Source: a virus
Virus record (IMG/VR): IMGVR_UViG_3300030419_003589
Location: 32,001-96,000 of that record
DNA: 64,000 bases
Direction: 5' to 3' (one strand)
A model generated the notes under the pieces. The model saw only the letters and a program-made list of their open reading frames with translations, was not told the origin of the DNA and made no database searches. Below are positions 55,177-64,000 of this stretch, one piece after another (position 1 is the stretch's first letter; every line of letters begins with the position of its first letter). The translations under genes were made by a program, and so were the position numbers.

Positions 55177-56240
55177 TATAATTTCTCCACTGATGAGTCA
55201 TGATGGGTTCTATTTACACGCACAAATCGTGCCGTTTTACTAAAATCTTTTAATGAAGTCGCTCCGGTATAAGCACAGGCGCTACGAACACCACCAAGAA
55301 TGTCTTCTATCACTACCTTTGCCTTTCCCTTGTATGCGACCTTTTGTACTCTACCTTCGCTAGATCGGTATCCACGAAGGCCATCTCCATGTTTTTCTTG
55401 AGCCTTCTTGGAGGACATGCCATAAAATGTTAAATATTTACTACCGGCATGTTCCATCCATTCACCCTCGCACTCTTTTGTTCCAGCGAGCATACCCCCA
55501 AGCATAACAAAATCAGCACCCGCCCCATAAGCCTTGGCGACATCTGCTGGGTAGCGACATCCTCCATCTGCACAGATTAGCCCCAGCCTACCAGCATCAG
55601 AGCGTAGTCCATGAGCAACGTGGGAGCATTCGGCAATAGCGGAAAGCTGCGGGTAGCCGACCCCAGCCTTAAGCCTTGTTGTGCAAGCAGAACCGGGACC
55701 AATACCAACTTTAACAATGTCAACTTCTCCATGTAATATTAGTTCAGAAACCATCTCTGGTGTTGCTACATTTCCCGCCATAATTATAGAGTCCGGAAAT
55801 TCCAGCCTAATTTTGCTACACCAGTCAACAAACTTTTCGGTATATCCATTGGCAATGTCTATGCAAATATTTGGAGAGAAATTGATAGTTTCCTCTATGT
55901 CATAAAGTTTATCTAAATCCCGATCCCAGTCCATTCCAACACTGACCCAAGCGTTAGGCTCTATATTATAGTGCTTAAAGTAGGATTCTATGTCTTGTGC
56001 ATCATAGTATTTATGTAGACATGTTATTGCGCCGTGATTATTTAGTGCCACGCCCATATCAAACGTACCTGTCGTATCCATGTTGGCTGCCATCAAAGGA
56101 ATACCGTGCCACTCCTTTGGCGAGTGGTAGAACTTGAATGTTCTCTTTAGCTCTACCTGTTTCCTGCTCGCTGTGGCCGATCTTTGTGGTACAAGTAAGA
56201 CATCATCAAAATCTAGTTTAACCTCATTATCAATTTTCAT
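55176..56240 (-). CDS. guaC: GMP reductase
   Basis: KLDFDDVLLVP, MAANMDTTGT, DIANGY, KVGIGPGSACTTR, YPQLSA, ADGGC, FYGMSS, SEGR. Confidence 0.93.
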   Translation of the reverse strand: MKIDNEVKLDFDDVLLVPQRSATASRKQVELKRTFKFYHSPKEWHGIPLMAANMDTTGTFDMGVALNNHGAITCLHKYYDAQDIESYFKHYNIEPNAWVSVGMDWDRDLDKLYDIEETINFSPNICIDIANGYTEKFVDWCSKIRLEFPDSIIMAGNVATPEMVSELILHGEVDIVKVGIGPGSACTTRLKAGVGYPQLSAIAECSHVAHGLRSDAGRLGLICADGGCRYPADVAKAYGAGADFVMLGGMLAGTKECEGEWMEHAGSKYLTFYGMSSKKAQEKHGDGLRGYRSSEGRVQKVAYKGKAKVVIEDILGGVRSACAYTGATSLKDFSKTARFVRVNRTHHDSSVEKL

Positions 56241-57681
56241 CTTGTTCCTCGATATCAAATGGTAAATCAGAACCCTCGATTACGTTGTCGTCAGGAGAAG
56301 ACCGTATTTCATCTCTAGTTCTTAACTCCAAGAGTTGCGAATGAGATCCTATCATGTTCATGTTTATATAATTGCCATCTAGTAAACCGGCACCATGTCT
56401 TGCTTTAAGGGTTACGACTTTTCTATTTCCCGCATTTGGGCCATCTTCAGCAAGCTCTTCTGCTGATTTAAGTTTGAATATAGAAAAAGATGTGCATAGC
56501 CAAATCAGTCTATCGGAGCCGCTTACAGCATCTGTAGATTCTTTGGTAATGCCATCTCTATTGAGTTGAACAAAAGAAAGACATGCGAAGTCATATTTAA
56601 CAGCGAGGTTATGCAGGTTGGTAATCTGAAATCCAAGAGCCTGATACTCCTGTATATTATTTGTTATGCCGGATGAGGACATCAATTTTAGGTAGTCATA
56701 AACAACTAGGCAGTCGTTTGTTTTTCCGTTCTCATCTTGTCCGACTTCTCTGAGAATCCATCGCTTAATGGTATTTAGGATGGTTTCAAAAGGAGCGCCA
56801 GCCACACTAACGTAGGTGTACGGGATATCTCTGATTTCTTCCATAGCGTTTTTGACTTTGATGACCTTCTCATCGTCGTCAGCAAACTTTCCGGTAGAGA
56901 TTTCCTCAATAGGTACTCCGCTAATGTTTGATAGAATTCTGTTTAGGTGATCTTCTTTACTCATCTCCGTATCAAGCATGAGTACGGGAATGCCCTGACG
57001 CGCGTTGTGTAGGGCTACATTGTCTGCGAAAACAGACTTACCAACACCGGGGCGAGCAGAAACAAGATCCACACACTTCCTACGAAGCCCACCGCCAATA
57101 ACCGAATCAAATCTTGGAAACCCACTGGTTAAACCTATCTGATCACATTTGTTCTCAATAAGGAATTCTACATATTCGTCTATATCGTCGCCAAGCATTT
57201 CTGGTTTTTGACCAGATTCATCGTCTCGTAGAAAATCCATAAGCGGGGACTCTACGATATTAATGATATCGTCAATGCTCTCATCTCCATTTATCGAGCA
57301 AATATCATTTTCTATCTTTTTAGTGATACGCTTCGCGCTTCTTGCAAACTCAAACTTTTTTATCTGGGCAGCGAAGTGTGGTACATTTTCTTTCTTGACG
57401 GGGTAATCCATCAAGTCTCTTATATATTCTAGTTCCTGAGTGGTCTGTACCGTTTCAGACAGGTTCAATTGCTCTGCTGCCGACAGTATAGCCGGAATAT
57501 CAATAGCGGCATCACTCTCCAGCACTTTTTCAGCGCACTTATAGATTACCTGATTATTACGGTTAGAGAAGCTGCTCTGCGTAATAAAATCATTTATCTC
57601 AACGTATGACTCTAGACCGTAGGCAAACAAGCCCGCTAGTACGGCTCGTTCTGCCCCAAGATCCGAAAGATCGGGATTCAT
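56230..57681 (-). CDS. dnaB: Replicative DNA helicase
   Basis: AERAVL, SARPGVGKS Walker A, DTEMS, VYDYLKL, FVQLNR, KARHG. Start moved to MNPDL. Confidence 0.92.
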   Translation of the reverse strand: MNPDLSDLGAERAVLAGLFAYGLESYVEINDFITQSSFSNRNNQVIYKCAEKVLESDAAIDIPAILSAAEQLNLSETVQTTQELEYIRDLMDYPVKKENVPHFAAQIKKFEFARSAKRITKKIENDICSINGDESIDDIINIVESPLMDFLRDDESGQKPEMLGDDIDEYVEFLIENKCDQIGLTSGFPRFDSVIGGGLRRKCVDLVSARPGVGKSVFADNVALHNARQGIPVLMLDTEMSKEDHLNRILSNISGVPIEEISTGKFADDDEKVIKVKNAMEEIRDIPYTYVSVAGAPFETILNTIKRWILREVGQDENGKTNDCLVVYDYLKLMSSSGITNNIQEYQALGFQITNLHNLAVKYDFACLSFVQLNRDGITKESTDAVSGSDRLIWLCTSFSIFKLKSAEELAEDGPNAGNRKVVTLKARHGAGLLDGNYINMNMIGSHSQLLELRTRDEIRSSPDDNVIEGSDLPFDIEEQDEN

Positions 57682-57682
57682 A

Positions 57683-58099
57683 TTATCTTCCTGTGCAGCG
57701 GTTACATCTAGTAAATTCACCATAAACTAGGTTGGAGTTGATTGAGAAAGTCTTTCCGCAGACATGACACTCAACCTGTTTTTTATTTGGCTTACGCCTA
57801 TTCCTAGGGGTTTTCTCAAATTTGGCTGGATCAAAGTTGGGGTCACTAAATTCGCCTTCATCAACCCATTCGTTTCTTTTCGCTTTCACTGCGGTTTTCC
57901 TTTTTGTATTATTAGGTTCTTTGCGTTTAACGGTAAAATCTTCATCTACGTTTTGTGTGCTTTCCGAAGCTACTTCCTTTTCAGACGCAGGAGACGGAGT
58001 ACCTCCTTTGACATTGCTATTTAGGATTCCCTTGATAAGTTCCTCCTTTTGTTCCGGAGTAAGGGATTCCAAAAGTGCTTTTATAATCTGATCACTCAT
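57683..58099 (-). CDS. Hypothetical protein with C-terminal zinc ribbon
   Basis: CHVC...CNRC. Confidence 0.65.
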   Translation of the reverse strand: MSDQIIKALLESLTPEQKEELIKGILNSNVKGGTPSPASEKEVASESTQNVDEDFTVKRKEPNNTKRKTAVKAKRNEWVDEGEFSDPNFDPAKFEKTPRNRRKPNKKQVECHVCGKTFSINSNLVYGEFTRCNRCTGR

Positions 58100-58587
58100 T
58101 TCCTTTTTCCTTTTTCGATTAAAATGTCTGCCTTGCGGCGTACGTTATACTCTCTACTCTTCAGGTTTTCTAGACGACCTTCTGCTGTCATTTTCCAGTC
58201 GTTTATTCTACCTGCTAACTCGTCGTTTCTTATTATCGTAGCTACCTTGGTGTCATGCTTAATGTATTCGCCCATCATCTCTGGGATTGCCTCCGCTATG
58301 ATGCTTTGCAGACTATTGTTGCACCACTTGGAAACGTTTTCACAATGCGCGCGTTCACGAGCGAGGTGATCTGCGTATTGATACAGGTGATAAGCAAAAT
58401 TAAAACAGTCATCTTGCGTCAACTTTTCTAGCTGTTCTGTGCCCAAAGAGTCTGCAAGTGCAAACTCGGGAGCAAACTTAGATGGTACAACATTCTTCGC
58501 TGTTATATAACTTTCAATCCCATCTAAAAATTTTTGTAACCTATCTGCTGCGTTCAATTTGTTTTCTCCAATACTCCAACGAGTCAT
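58096..58587 (-). CDS. Hypothetical helical protein (possible UvsY-like recombination mediator)
   Basis: All-helical coiled-coil pattern; sits two genes from recA. Confidence 0.4.
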   Translation of the reverse strand: MTRWSIGENKLNAADRLQKFLDGIESYITAKNVVPSKFAPEFALADSLGTEQLEKLTQDDCFNFAYHLYQYADHLARERAHCENVSKWCNNSLQSIIAEAIPEMMGEYIKHDTKVATIIRNDELAGRINDWKMTAEGRLENLKSREYNVRRKADILIEKGKRK

Positions 58588-58957
58588 CCCATCTTAATTG
58601 TACTAGTGTTATCTCATTAAGTTCACACCACTCAGCTTTAGCTCTGTCTCTAGCTTTTGCTTGAAGAAACCCAGCCTTGCTTTTGTGAAAATATGGAACG
58701 TACTTGTAATGCTGTTGCCCATTCACCTCTATTCCCATTATAGCATTTGGAATGTAGAAGTCAAGGTATAAAACAGATTTTTTTGCAGGATTTACACTAC
58801 CCGGAAGCTTTACTTCTTCATAAATATTGTATCCGGAAAACATATCATGCAATAGTTCCCTTGCTAAGTGATGATAGTAAGAGCACTTTTGCCTCTGCTT
58901 AGAGTACTTCTTAAGATCAAGATTGTACTCTCGGCCATTCAGTCCTAGTACTTTCAT
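58541..58957 (-). CDS. Vsr/DUF559-like endonuclease
   Basis: LYLDFYIP..IEVNGQQHY...RDRAKAEWC. Confidence 0.75.
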   Translation of the reverse strand: MKVLGLNGREYNLDLKKYSKQRQKCSYYHHLARELLHDMFSGYNIYEEVKLPGSVNPAKKSVLYLDFYIPNAIMGIEVNGQQHYKYVPYFHKSKAGFLQAKARDRAKAEWCELNEITLVQLRWDDSLEYWRKQIERSR

Positions 58958-60063
58958 ACAAATATATCTTTTACTTCGTCATACAAGAAATCTAATAGTG
59001 TTGGGTTTTCGTTTAAGAAGTTGACCACCTTCTCCATGCCTTGAAACTTAAATGCTTTTTCTATTGCTTCGTCCTTTTCTTCAATCTCATTGTCCAACAA
59101 CCAGCTTTTTATAATTGGATTATCTTTGTTCTCAACAAAAGTGGTGAATGTGTACCATGCTCCTCTTGCTGATATCATAGCGAATTCTGTCGCTATTTGT
59201 GCTAGTTCTTGAGCCTCGTCAATTCCGACGCCATATCTAATCCAGCTTGCGGCGGTGGTCATGGGCTTGCCTCCAGCAGCGGAGGTCTTGATTATCCAGT
59301 TGGCCACTTGGCCTACGTGGTTTCCCGATTCTTTGGGCACCTCCCATTTTCCCCTGTGGGTAATAACCATATTTGTGCCAGCTTGAAATTGTAACATATT
59401 GCCACAATCGGCCATCTTGCTTGGGGAAAACCGAGACCCACCAGTGTTTGCGATGTTGTGGGTAATAAAGATAGCTATGGCCTTCATTCTGGCAACGTCT
59501 CCGCTAATACGCTTAAAGAACATAGACAGTAAGCGTGGCAGAGCATTTCGTACCCCAGTACGAATTTCGCCGTCAATTTCATCTTGTGGAACCATGTTAG
59601 ATGTAGAGTCTACAATCACCACAAGATCTTCTTCCTCTTTGATTAATCGTTCTAATACATTGAGGTATGTTTCAGCGGAAACTACAGGTGTGTCATCTGT
59701 TGCTTGAACAATGGTTATAGCATCAATGTCTAACCCTTTGATCCCACGGAAATTCTCTTTTGTTAGCCGCCCCTCTGTGTTTAGGTAATATACCTTTTTT
59801 CCTTCGGCCTGAGCTTTAGACGCAAAGTATAGAGCCGTAGTTGTTTTACCTGTCTTGGGGTCACCTGTCATTACGACACATTGACCCTCTCTAATACCTC
59901 CCCCTAGAGCGATATCTAAAGCCGGAGCAAGGCTGATAGTTCTATAGGTCTCCAGACTATGCAAAACTTCAGTTCCAGACTGGATAATTTTGCCATATTT
60001 TTTTGAGAGAAGGGAGGTTATTTGATCTCCGTCCGACGCACTAAATTTCTTCTTCTTGGCCAT
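58954..60063 (-). CDS. recA: RecA/UvsX-like recombinase
   Basis: LDIALGGGI, GDPKTGKTT Walker A, YLNTEGR, VIVDS Walker B, FITH, IRYGVGID. Start moved to MAKKKK. Confidence 0.88.
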   Translation of the reverse strand: MAKKKKFSASDGDQITSLLSKKYGKIIQSGTEVLHSLETYRTISLAPALDIALGGGIREGQCVVMTGDPKTGKTTTALYFASKAQAEGKKVYYLNTEGRLTKENFRGIKGLDIDAITIVQATDDTPVVSAETYLNVLERLIKEEEDLVVIVDSTSNMVPQDEIDGEIRTGVRNALPRLLSMFFKRISGDVARMKAIAIFITHNIANTGGSRFSPSKMADCGNMLQFQAGTNMVITHRGKWEVPKESGNHVGQVANWIIKTSAAGGKPMTTAASWIRYGVGIDEAQELAQIATEFAMISARGAWYTFTTFVENKDNPIIKSWLLDNEIEEKDEAIEKAFKFQGMEKVVNFLNENPTLLDFLYDEVKDIFV

Positions 60064-60502
60064 TTTCAATCTTCCTAAGTTTATTCAAAATGTTACTTTT
60101 CTTTCCGTAATTCTTCTTACGCTTCTTGGCATTCTTATTGACGTTTATTTCTTGTTTCGGTTTGGCGCGCTGCTCATCTAATAATAGCTCACATCTCTTT
60201 ATTACACCAATAACTTTTGGGTGATTCAGAGAAAATACACCCTTAAATTCTTTAGAGTGTATTGCCTTCACTAAGGCTTCTTCCGAGAAGGTTTTAAGAA
60301 GATTGTTGGCGGCTATAAGTTGACGCTTAAAAGTCCAATTCCAAGGTTTCTTATTCCAGAATTTATATGGCAATGATCCTTGATTTTTATTTTCTGCGTT
60401 TCTCTTACACATAATCTCCGCTACATACGCTGCGCAGGTGCAGTAATCCCCTGTGGACTCATGTTTATATTTACTCTTGTCACTTCTGTTTCTTTTCTTC
60501 AT
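60041..60502 (-). CDS. Hypothetical protein
   Basis: Coupled ORF, basic, with CTC motif. Confidence 0.6.
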   Translation of the reverse strand: MKKRNRSDKSKYKHESTGDYCTCAAYVAEIMCKRNAENKNQGSLPYKFWNKKPWNWTFKRQLIAANNLLKTFSEEALVKAIHSKEFKGVFSLNHPKVIGVIKRCELLLDEQRAKPKQEINVNKNAKKRKKNYGKKSNILNKLRKIENGQEEEI

Positions 60503-60896
60503 TGTATATTAAAGCCTGTTCAAAACATTCACTGAGGTCATCTTCAAGTTCTTTATCAACTATTAGTTCTGGAATCAGCCACATTTGCTTGTAGACTGTT
60601 CCCTTCCTTAGCACCCCCGTTGTGAGGTATTGTTTTGTTCTAGCCCCAATTTGCCCCATCACCGCTTTGATTAGATAGACCGCTTCGGCTCCACTTAAGT
60701 CGATATTGACCTCGTGAGATCTATAAGATAGTTTTAGTTCCTCGACAAAACATCCGTTTTCCTCACACAGCTTTTTTATTTCTAACCAACCCTTAAACTT
60801 GTCGTGGTAATGCTGCGAACCATCGGTAAGCTTGCATCTGATCCACACAGCCTCTTTGTTTGTACGATATTTTGATAGCCAATCTTCGTTACTCAT
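60480..60896 (-). CDS. Hypothetical protein
   Basis: Start moved to MSNEDW (ATGA overlap). Confidence 0.6.
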   Translation of the reverse strand: MSNEDWLSKYRTNKEAVWIRCKLTDGSQHYHDKFKGWLEIKKLCEENGCFVEELKLSYRSHEVNIDLSGAEAVYLIKAVMGQIGARTKQYLTTGVLRKGTVYKQMWLIPELIVDKELEDDLSECFEQALIYNEEKKQK

Positions 60897-61198
60897 CTTG
60901 GATTGTGAACCTCTCTTATGCTGGTTATACATTGTCTTGTTCTTGATGAGGGCGACTTCGGTTTTCTAAACTCATCTCCCATTTCCGAAGCAGACTGTGT
61001 CATCACCGTAGAGCCTCTGTCATTTCTAGCGAACTGATCTAGAGAGCGGGAAGCCTTTGTTTTCTTGATTGAGTTAAGGTACTTCTCTACCGTGCCCTCT
61101 GCTCTATCCAGTTTTTTTGCTAGATCTTTAGGTTTAGCGTCTGAATGAGATTCAATGTATTCTTTATCTTTTTTAGATAGTGGTCCTTTTTTAGTCAT
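60893..61198 (-). CDS. Hypothetical HTH-like protein
   Basis: KPKDLAKKLDRAEGTVEKYL helix-turn-helix pattern. Confidence 0.6.
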   Translation of the reverse strand: MTKKGPLSKKDKEYIESHSDAKPKDLAKKLDRAEGTVEKYLNSIKKTKASRSLDQFARNDRGSTVMTQSASEMGDEFRKPKSPSSRTRQCITSIREVHNPR

Positions 61199-61514
61199 TC
61201 GTCAGTCCTCTTCTAGCCTTTGTCATGTAAATAGAATTTTTGGTTTGTAAGTATAACATGTAAAAATCGAACGTTGTTTTTGATACCTGCTCCATCTTAG
61301 TTCGTACATACTCTTCTCTTTTTGCATATGTTCCCATCGGATCGTAAGGGACACTTTGATGTACTCTTATATAGTAGTAGCTCCTCTCGTTTTTTGCAAT
61401 GACTTTTCCGAAAACTTTCTCCTTTGATGATTCTAAATTTCGGCCAGACTTATTAAAGAAATACTCCGTTTTGTCGTCCGGTTGTATATGATCTCCTGAG
61501 TCTACGTATTCCAT
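61191..61514 (-). CDS. Hypothetical protein
   Basis: GGAGA RBS before MEYVD; an alternative start is at 61532. Confidence 0.6.
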   Translation of the reverse strand: MEYVDSGDHIQPDDKTEYFFNKSGRNLESSKEKVFGKVIAKNERSYYYIRVHQSVPYDPMGTYAKREEYVRTKMEQVSKTTFDFYMLYLQTKNSIYMTKARRGLTND

Positions 61515-61528
61515 ATTTTCTCCTAAGC

Positions 61529-61879
61529 TCATTTTTTCCCCTCCATAATATATCTCTGTTTCTGCTTGGCGGTCATTTGTGTTATCTCCCTGTTTGATGC
61601 TTCGCCGTGATAGGCTGGTTTATCTGGTTTTGCTGACTGTTCATTTTTCTTCGCTTGTAATTCATTAATCCTGCTCTTGTTTTCTTTTGCGTTCTTGTCG
61701 GCTAGTTGTCCTATCGTGTTTGTGTTCTTCACGGACACATGTATCCCACCCGTTATGACTCTATAGAGCTTCGGCTGGTTGCACTCTGGACAAAAAGATA
61801 GCGGGTCTTCGTCAAATGATTGTTTTACGTCAAATATTTTATGTGTACATGCTTCGCATTCATAATCATATAGTGGCAT
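61529..61879 (-). CDS. FmdB-family zinc-ribbon protein
   Basis: MPLYDYECEAC...FCPEC...LYRVI. Confidence 0.85.
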   Translation of the reverse strand: MPLYDYECEACTHKIFDVKQSFDEDPLSFCPECNQPKLYRVITGGIHVSVKNTNTIGQLADKNAKENKSRINELQAKKNEQSAKPDKPAYHGEASNREITQMTAKQKQRYIMEGKK

Positions 61880-62542
61880 TTATGTCTCCAGTGCGTGTAA
61901 AACGTGTCCAATGATATCGTTTCTTTGTATGTCTTCGTAGCTCAGTTCGCATATGCCTACACCTTTTATATTTCCGAGCTTACCAATGCAGTAGTCTAAG
62001 CCACTTCTCCCCCTTAAGTCATCCTGATTAATGTCTCCGTTTATTAGAACTTTGCTGTTTTGGCCCATTCTAGTTATAAACATTTTGATTTGCTCGACAG
62101 TGCAGTTCTGCGCCTCGTCTAATATCATGTAGGAGTTGTGAAAAGTAGAACCCCTCATGATCTCTAAGGGTTTATAATGTATTTGTCCCTCGTTTTCATA
62201 GAATCCGTAGTACCCTTGTCCTAAGAAGAATTTTAGGTTTTCCTTCATCGGCAGTAGGTATGGGGCTATTTTTTCTCCAAGCTCTCCCGGCAAAGACCCT
62301 ATGTCCTTACCTGTGCAAACAAGAGGTCTAGTTACTATGATCTGCTCTATATTTTTTCTATGTAAGTGCTCCGCTGCTATACCGGCTGCTATAAAAGACT
62401 TGCCTGATCCCGAAGGGCCAGAGCAGAATACGATGTCATTTTCTATAATTGATCTTACATATTCTCTTTGGTTTTCTGTTTTTGCCTCAAGGTGTTGAAT
62501 TTTAGGTTTTGAATCTCTTTTGTTTCTTCTGGATTTTGACAT
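61880..62542 (-). CDS. phoH: PhoH-family ATPase
   Basis: TENQREY, GPSGSGKS, TRPLV, GSLPG, MRGSTF, LDEAQN, TRMG, GDINQDD, RNDII. Confidence 0.93.
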   Translation of the reverse strand: MSKSRRNKRDSKPKIQHLEAKTENQREYVRSIIENDIVFCSGPSGSGKSFIAAGIAAEHLHRKNIEQIIVTRPLVCTGKDIGSLPGELGEKIAPYLLPMKENLKFFLGQGYYGFYENEGQIHYKPLEIMRGSTFHNSYMILDEAQNCTVEQIKMFITRMGQNSKVLINGDINQDDLRGRSGLDYCIGKLGNIKGVGICELSYEDIQRNDIIGHVLHALET

Positions 62543-62563
62543 TTAGTTGTAACTCTCGTTCAT

Positions 62564-62959
62564 TTAAAGATCAGTTTCTTTTACGAAAATTCCGTCGATC
62601 ATTCGGCCTTTCCTGTTTTTGATATCGTTCCATGCCTGTTGCAGGCATTCGGCTAGAATAACGCCGTTTCGCTCTGCAATGTTTAACATTACGACTAGCA
62701 TGTCACCAATGTCATCCCTGACATCCTTCCCCTTACAGACGCTGTCTGAAAGCTCTCCAAGCTCTTGGGCTAGCTTAAGAACTTGATCCTTGTCGCTACT
62801 GCCCTCAATAAGGTTTCTGTCATAGTGCCATGATATAACTCTACCTATCAATGTATATAGATCGCTTTGTTCTTCTGGCACCGTATCGGTACGTCTCTTA
62901 GCTAACTGTGCCATCCTAGCTTTTTGATCGGCAATACAGTTGTTTGAATCCTCATTCAT
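62564..62959 (-). CDS. mazG: MazG-like NTP pyrophosphohydrolase
   Basis: LKLAQELGEL, DDIGDMLV, AWNDIKNRKG..IDGIFVKE. Confidence 0.85.
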   Translation of the reverse strand: MNEDSNNCIADQKARMAQLAKRRTDTVPEEQSDLYTLIGRVISWHYDRNLIEGSSDKDQVLKLAQELGELSDSVCKGKDVRDDIGDMLVVMLNIAERNGVILAECLQQAWNDIKNRKGRMIDGIFVKETDL

Positions 62960-63993
62960 AGTTCTATATCTCCAAAGTCCATATCTTCTAAGTCATTTTT
63001 ACTTGCACCTATTTTATAGCTAGTGATTTCATGTTCTTGAGGTGCAACCTGAACACTCTCACTGTGCATCCAAGCCTGAGTCCATCCGGCTATTGGGTTT
63101 TTACCCACGTTTTCGTATGGTAATCCTATCATTTTTCTTCTGCTCATACATAACCAGTCTATATACTGATGCAGTACCGTTTCGTTTAGGCCAAGCATGG
63201 AGCCGTCCTTGAACAGGTAAGAGGCCCATTGCTTTTCTTCGTGAGCTGCGCTTTCAAACATTTCTATCGCTGAATCTTGGCATTGTTCCGCAATCTTAAC
63301 AAAGCCCTCACTTTCCTCTGTTTGCAGAATCTTTAGTATTTCTTTTGTGTTTGTTAGATGTAGAGCCTCGTCCCTTTTGATCAACTTGATTATATCGGCA
63401 TTGCCTACCATCTTTTTATTTTCCGCAAAGGCGAAGGAACATATAAACGAAACATAGAATCTTACAGCCTCAAGTATATTGATACTCATGACCGTCATGT
63501 ATATCTGTTTTTTAATGTCCGATAGTTTGTTTTTATCGCACGCCATTCCCATTAGGTTATTATAGTCAGTAATCGCGCTATTGGCTCTTTTTATTATCTC
63601 CTTGTCGGTATAAATGCCTCCAAACACTTCTGAGCTATCGGCATATACGTTTTGGATAATATAAGAGTAAGATTGGCTGTGTATTTTTTCAAAGAATTGC
63701 CAAGTCATCAAACATGCTTCAAGCTCTGTATTGGTAACGAATTCAAGAAGGGTGGGTACGCCTCTACAGATGACGCTATCCAACATGGTCTGGTATTTAA
63801 GGTTAGACGTGAAAATAAACTTCTCGTTGTCAGACATCTCCTTAAAATCCCCTCTGTCTTTCTTAAGCTCTATTTCCTCTGGACGCCAGAAGTTCATCAT
63901 TTGTTTGCTATCGAGATCTTTGAACACAGGATACTTAAGGATGTCGTAACGCTGAACCCCAAGGTCTTTACCTAAAAACAACGGCTGACTCAT
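62956..63993 (-). CDS. nrdB: Ribonucleotide reductase class Ia beta subunit
   Basis: FWRPEE, QTMLDS, EKIHSQSY (Fe ligands and radical Tyr), LEAVRFY, RDEALH, VAPQEHE. Confidence 0.95.
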   Translation of the reverse strand: MSQPLFLGKDLGVQRYDILKYPVFKDLDSKQMMNFWRPEEIELKKDRGDFKEMSDNEKFIFTSNLKYQTMLDSVICRGVPTLLEFVTNTELEACLMTWQFFEKIHSQSYSYIIQNVYADSSEVFGGIYTDKEIIKRANSAITDYNNLMGMACDKNKLSDIKKQIYMTVMSINILEAVRFYVSFICSFAFAENKKMVGNADIIKLIKRDEALHLTNTKEILKILQTEESEGFVKIAEQCQDSAIEMFESAAHEEKQWASYLFKDGSMLGLNETVLHQYIDWLCMSRRKMIGLPYENVGKNPIAGWTQAWMHSESVQVAPQEHEITSYKIGASKNDLEDMDFGDIEL

Positions 63994-64000
63994 TGGGTCT

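Noticed and set aside
222-63975. The many other 60-170 aa antisense or out-of-frame ORFs in the track
   Set aside because: They lie wholly inside well-supported genes, with no RBS or recognisable motifs.
1-64000. Bacterial (planctomycete) chromosome origin
   Set aside because: Near-zero intergenic space, one strand switch, giant virion-like genes, a phage-type replication and nucleotide gene set, and no ribosomal or other core cellular genes. GC looks about 40% by eye (not computed).
1-64000. Stop-codon reassignment, tRNAs, rRNA
   Set aside because: Conserved genes are full length under code 11 and end in TAA, TAG and TGA. The intergenic gaps are too short for, and do not show, tRNA cloverleaves.

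Overview
This is a very gene-dense segment of a large tailed-phage (jumbo-like) genome, read in standard code 11. I found no tRNA, rRNA, CRISPR array, transposase or intein. Positions 1-19185 (+ strand) encode six probable virion proteins, three of them giant; the first is 5'-truncated and contains FG-GAP-type repeats. They end at a pair of back-to-back intrinsic terminators (19213-19293). Everything from 64000 down to 19302 is on the - strand and largely translationally coupled. Reading in that direction, it holds nucleotide-metabolism and recombination genes (nrdB, MazG-like, phoH, recA-like), then dnaB, guaC, a GNAT, a DnaG-type primase, a dNMP kinase and a Cas4-like nuclease. Next is a ~7 kb block of four twin-arginine (Tat) signal DUF1501-family genes interleaved with small secreted or metal-motif proteins, followed by a PAP2 phosphatase and a QueF homologue whose catalytic Cys is replaced by Gly. 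After that come a DNA polymerase III alpha split into two intein-free genes around a DEDDh exonuclease, a tail-less SSB, and a ~17.5 kb sugar-biosynthesis/glycosyltransferase/methyltransferase island with no export machinery. The run ends with a Vsr-like endonuclease and a putative ssDNA-annealing protein. The best candidate for an undescribed system is the phage-borne Tat-DUF1501 cassette, which also hints at a Planctomycetota-like host (inference). The split DnaE, the Cys-less QueF and the glycosylation island come next. All functional calls come from motifs read by eye; no database search was run. Where a start differs from the supplied ORF track, it was moved to the codon supported by an RBS or a stop/start overlap.
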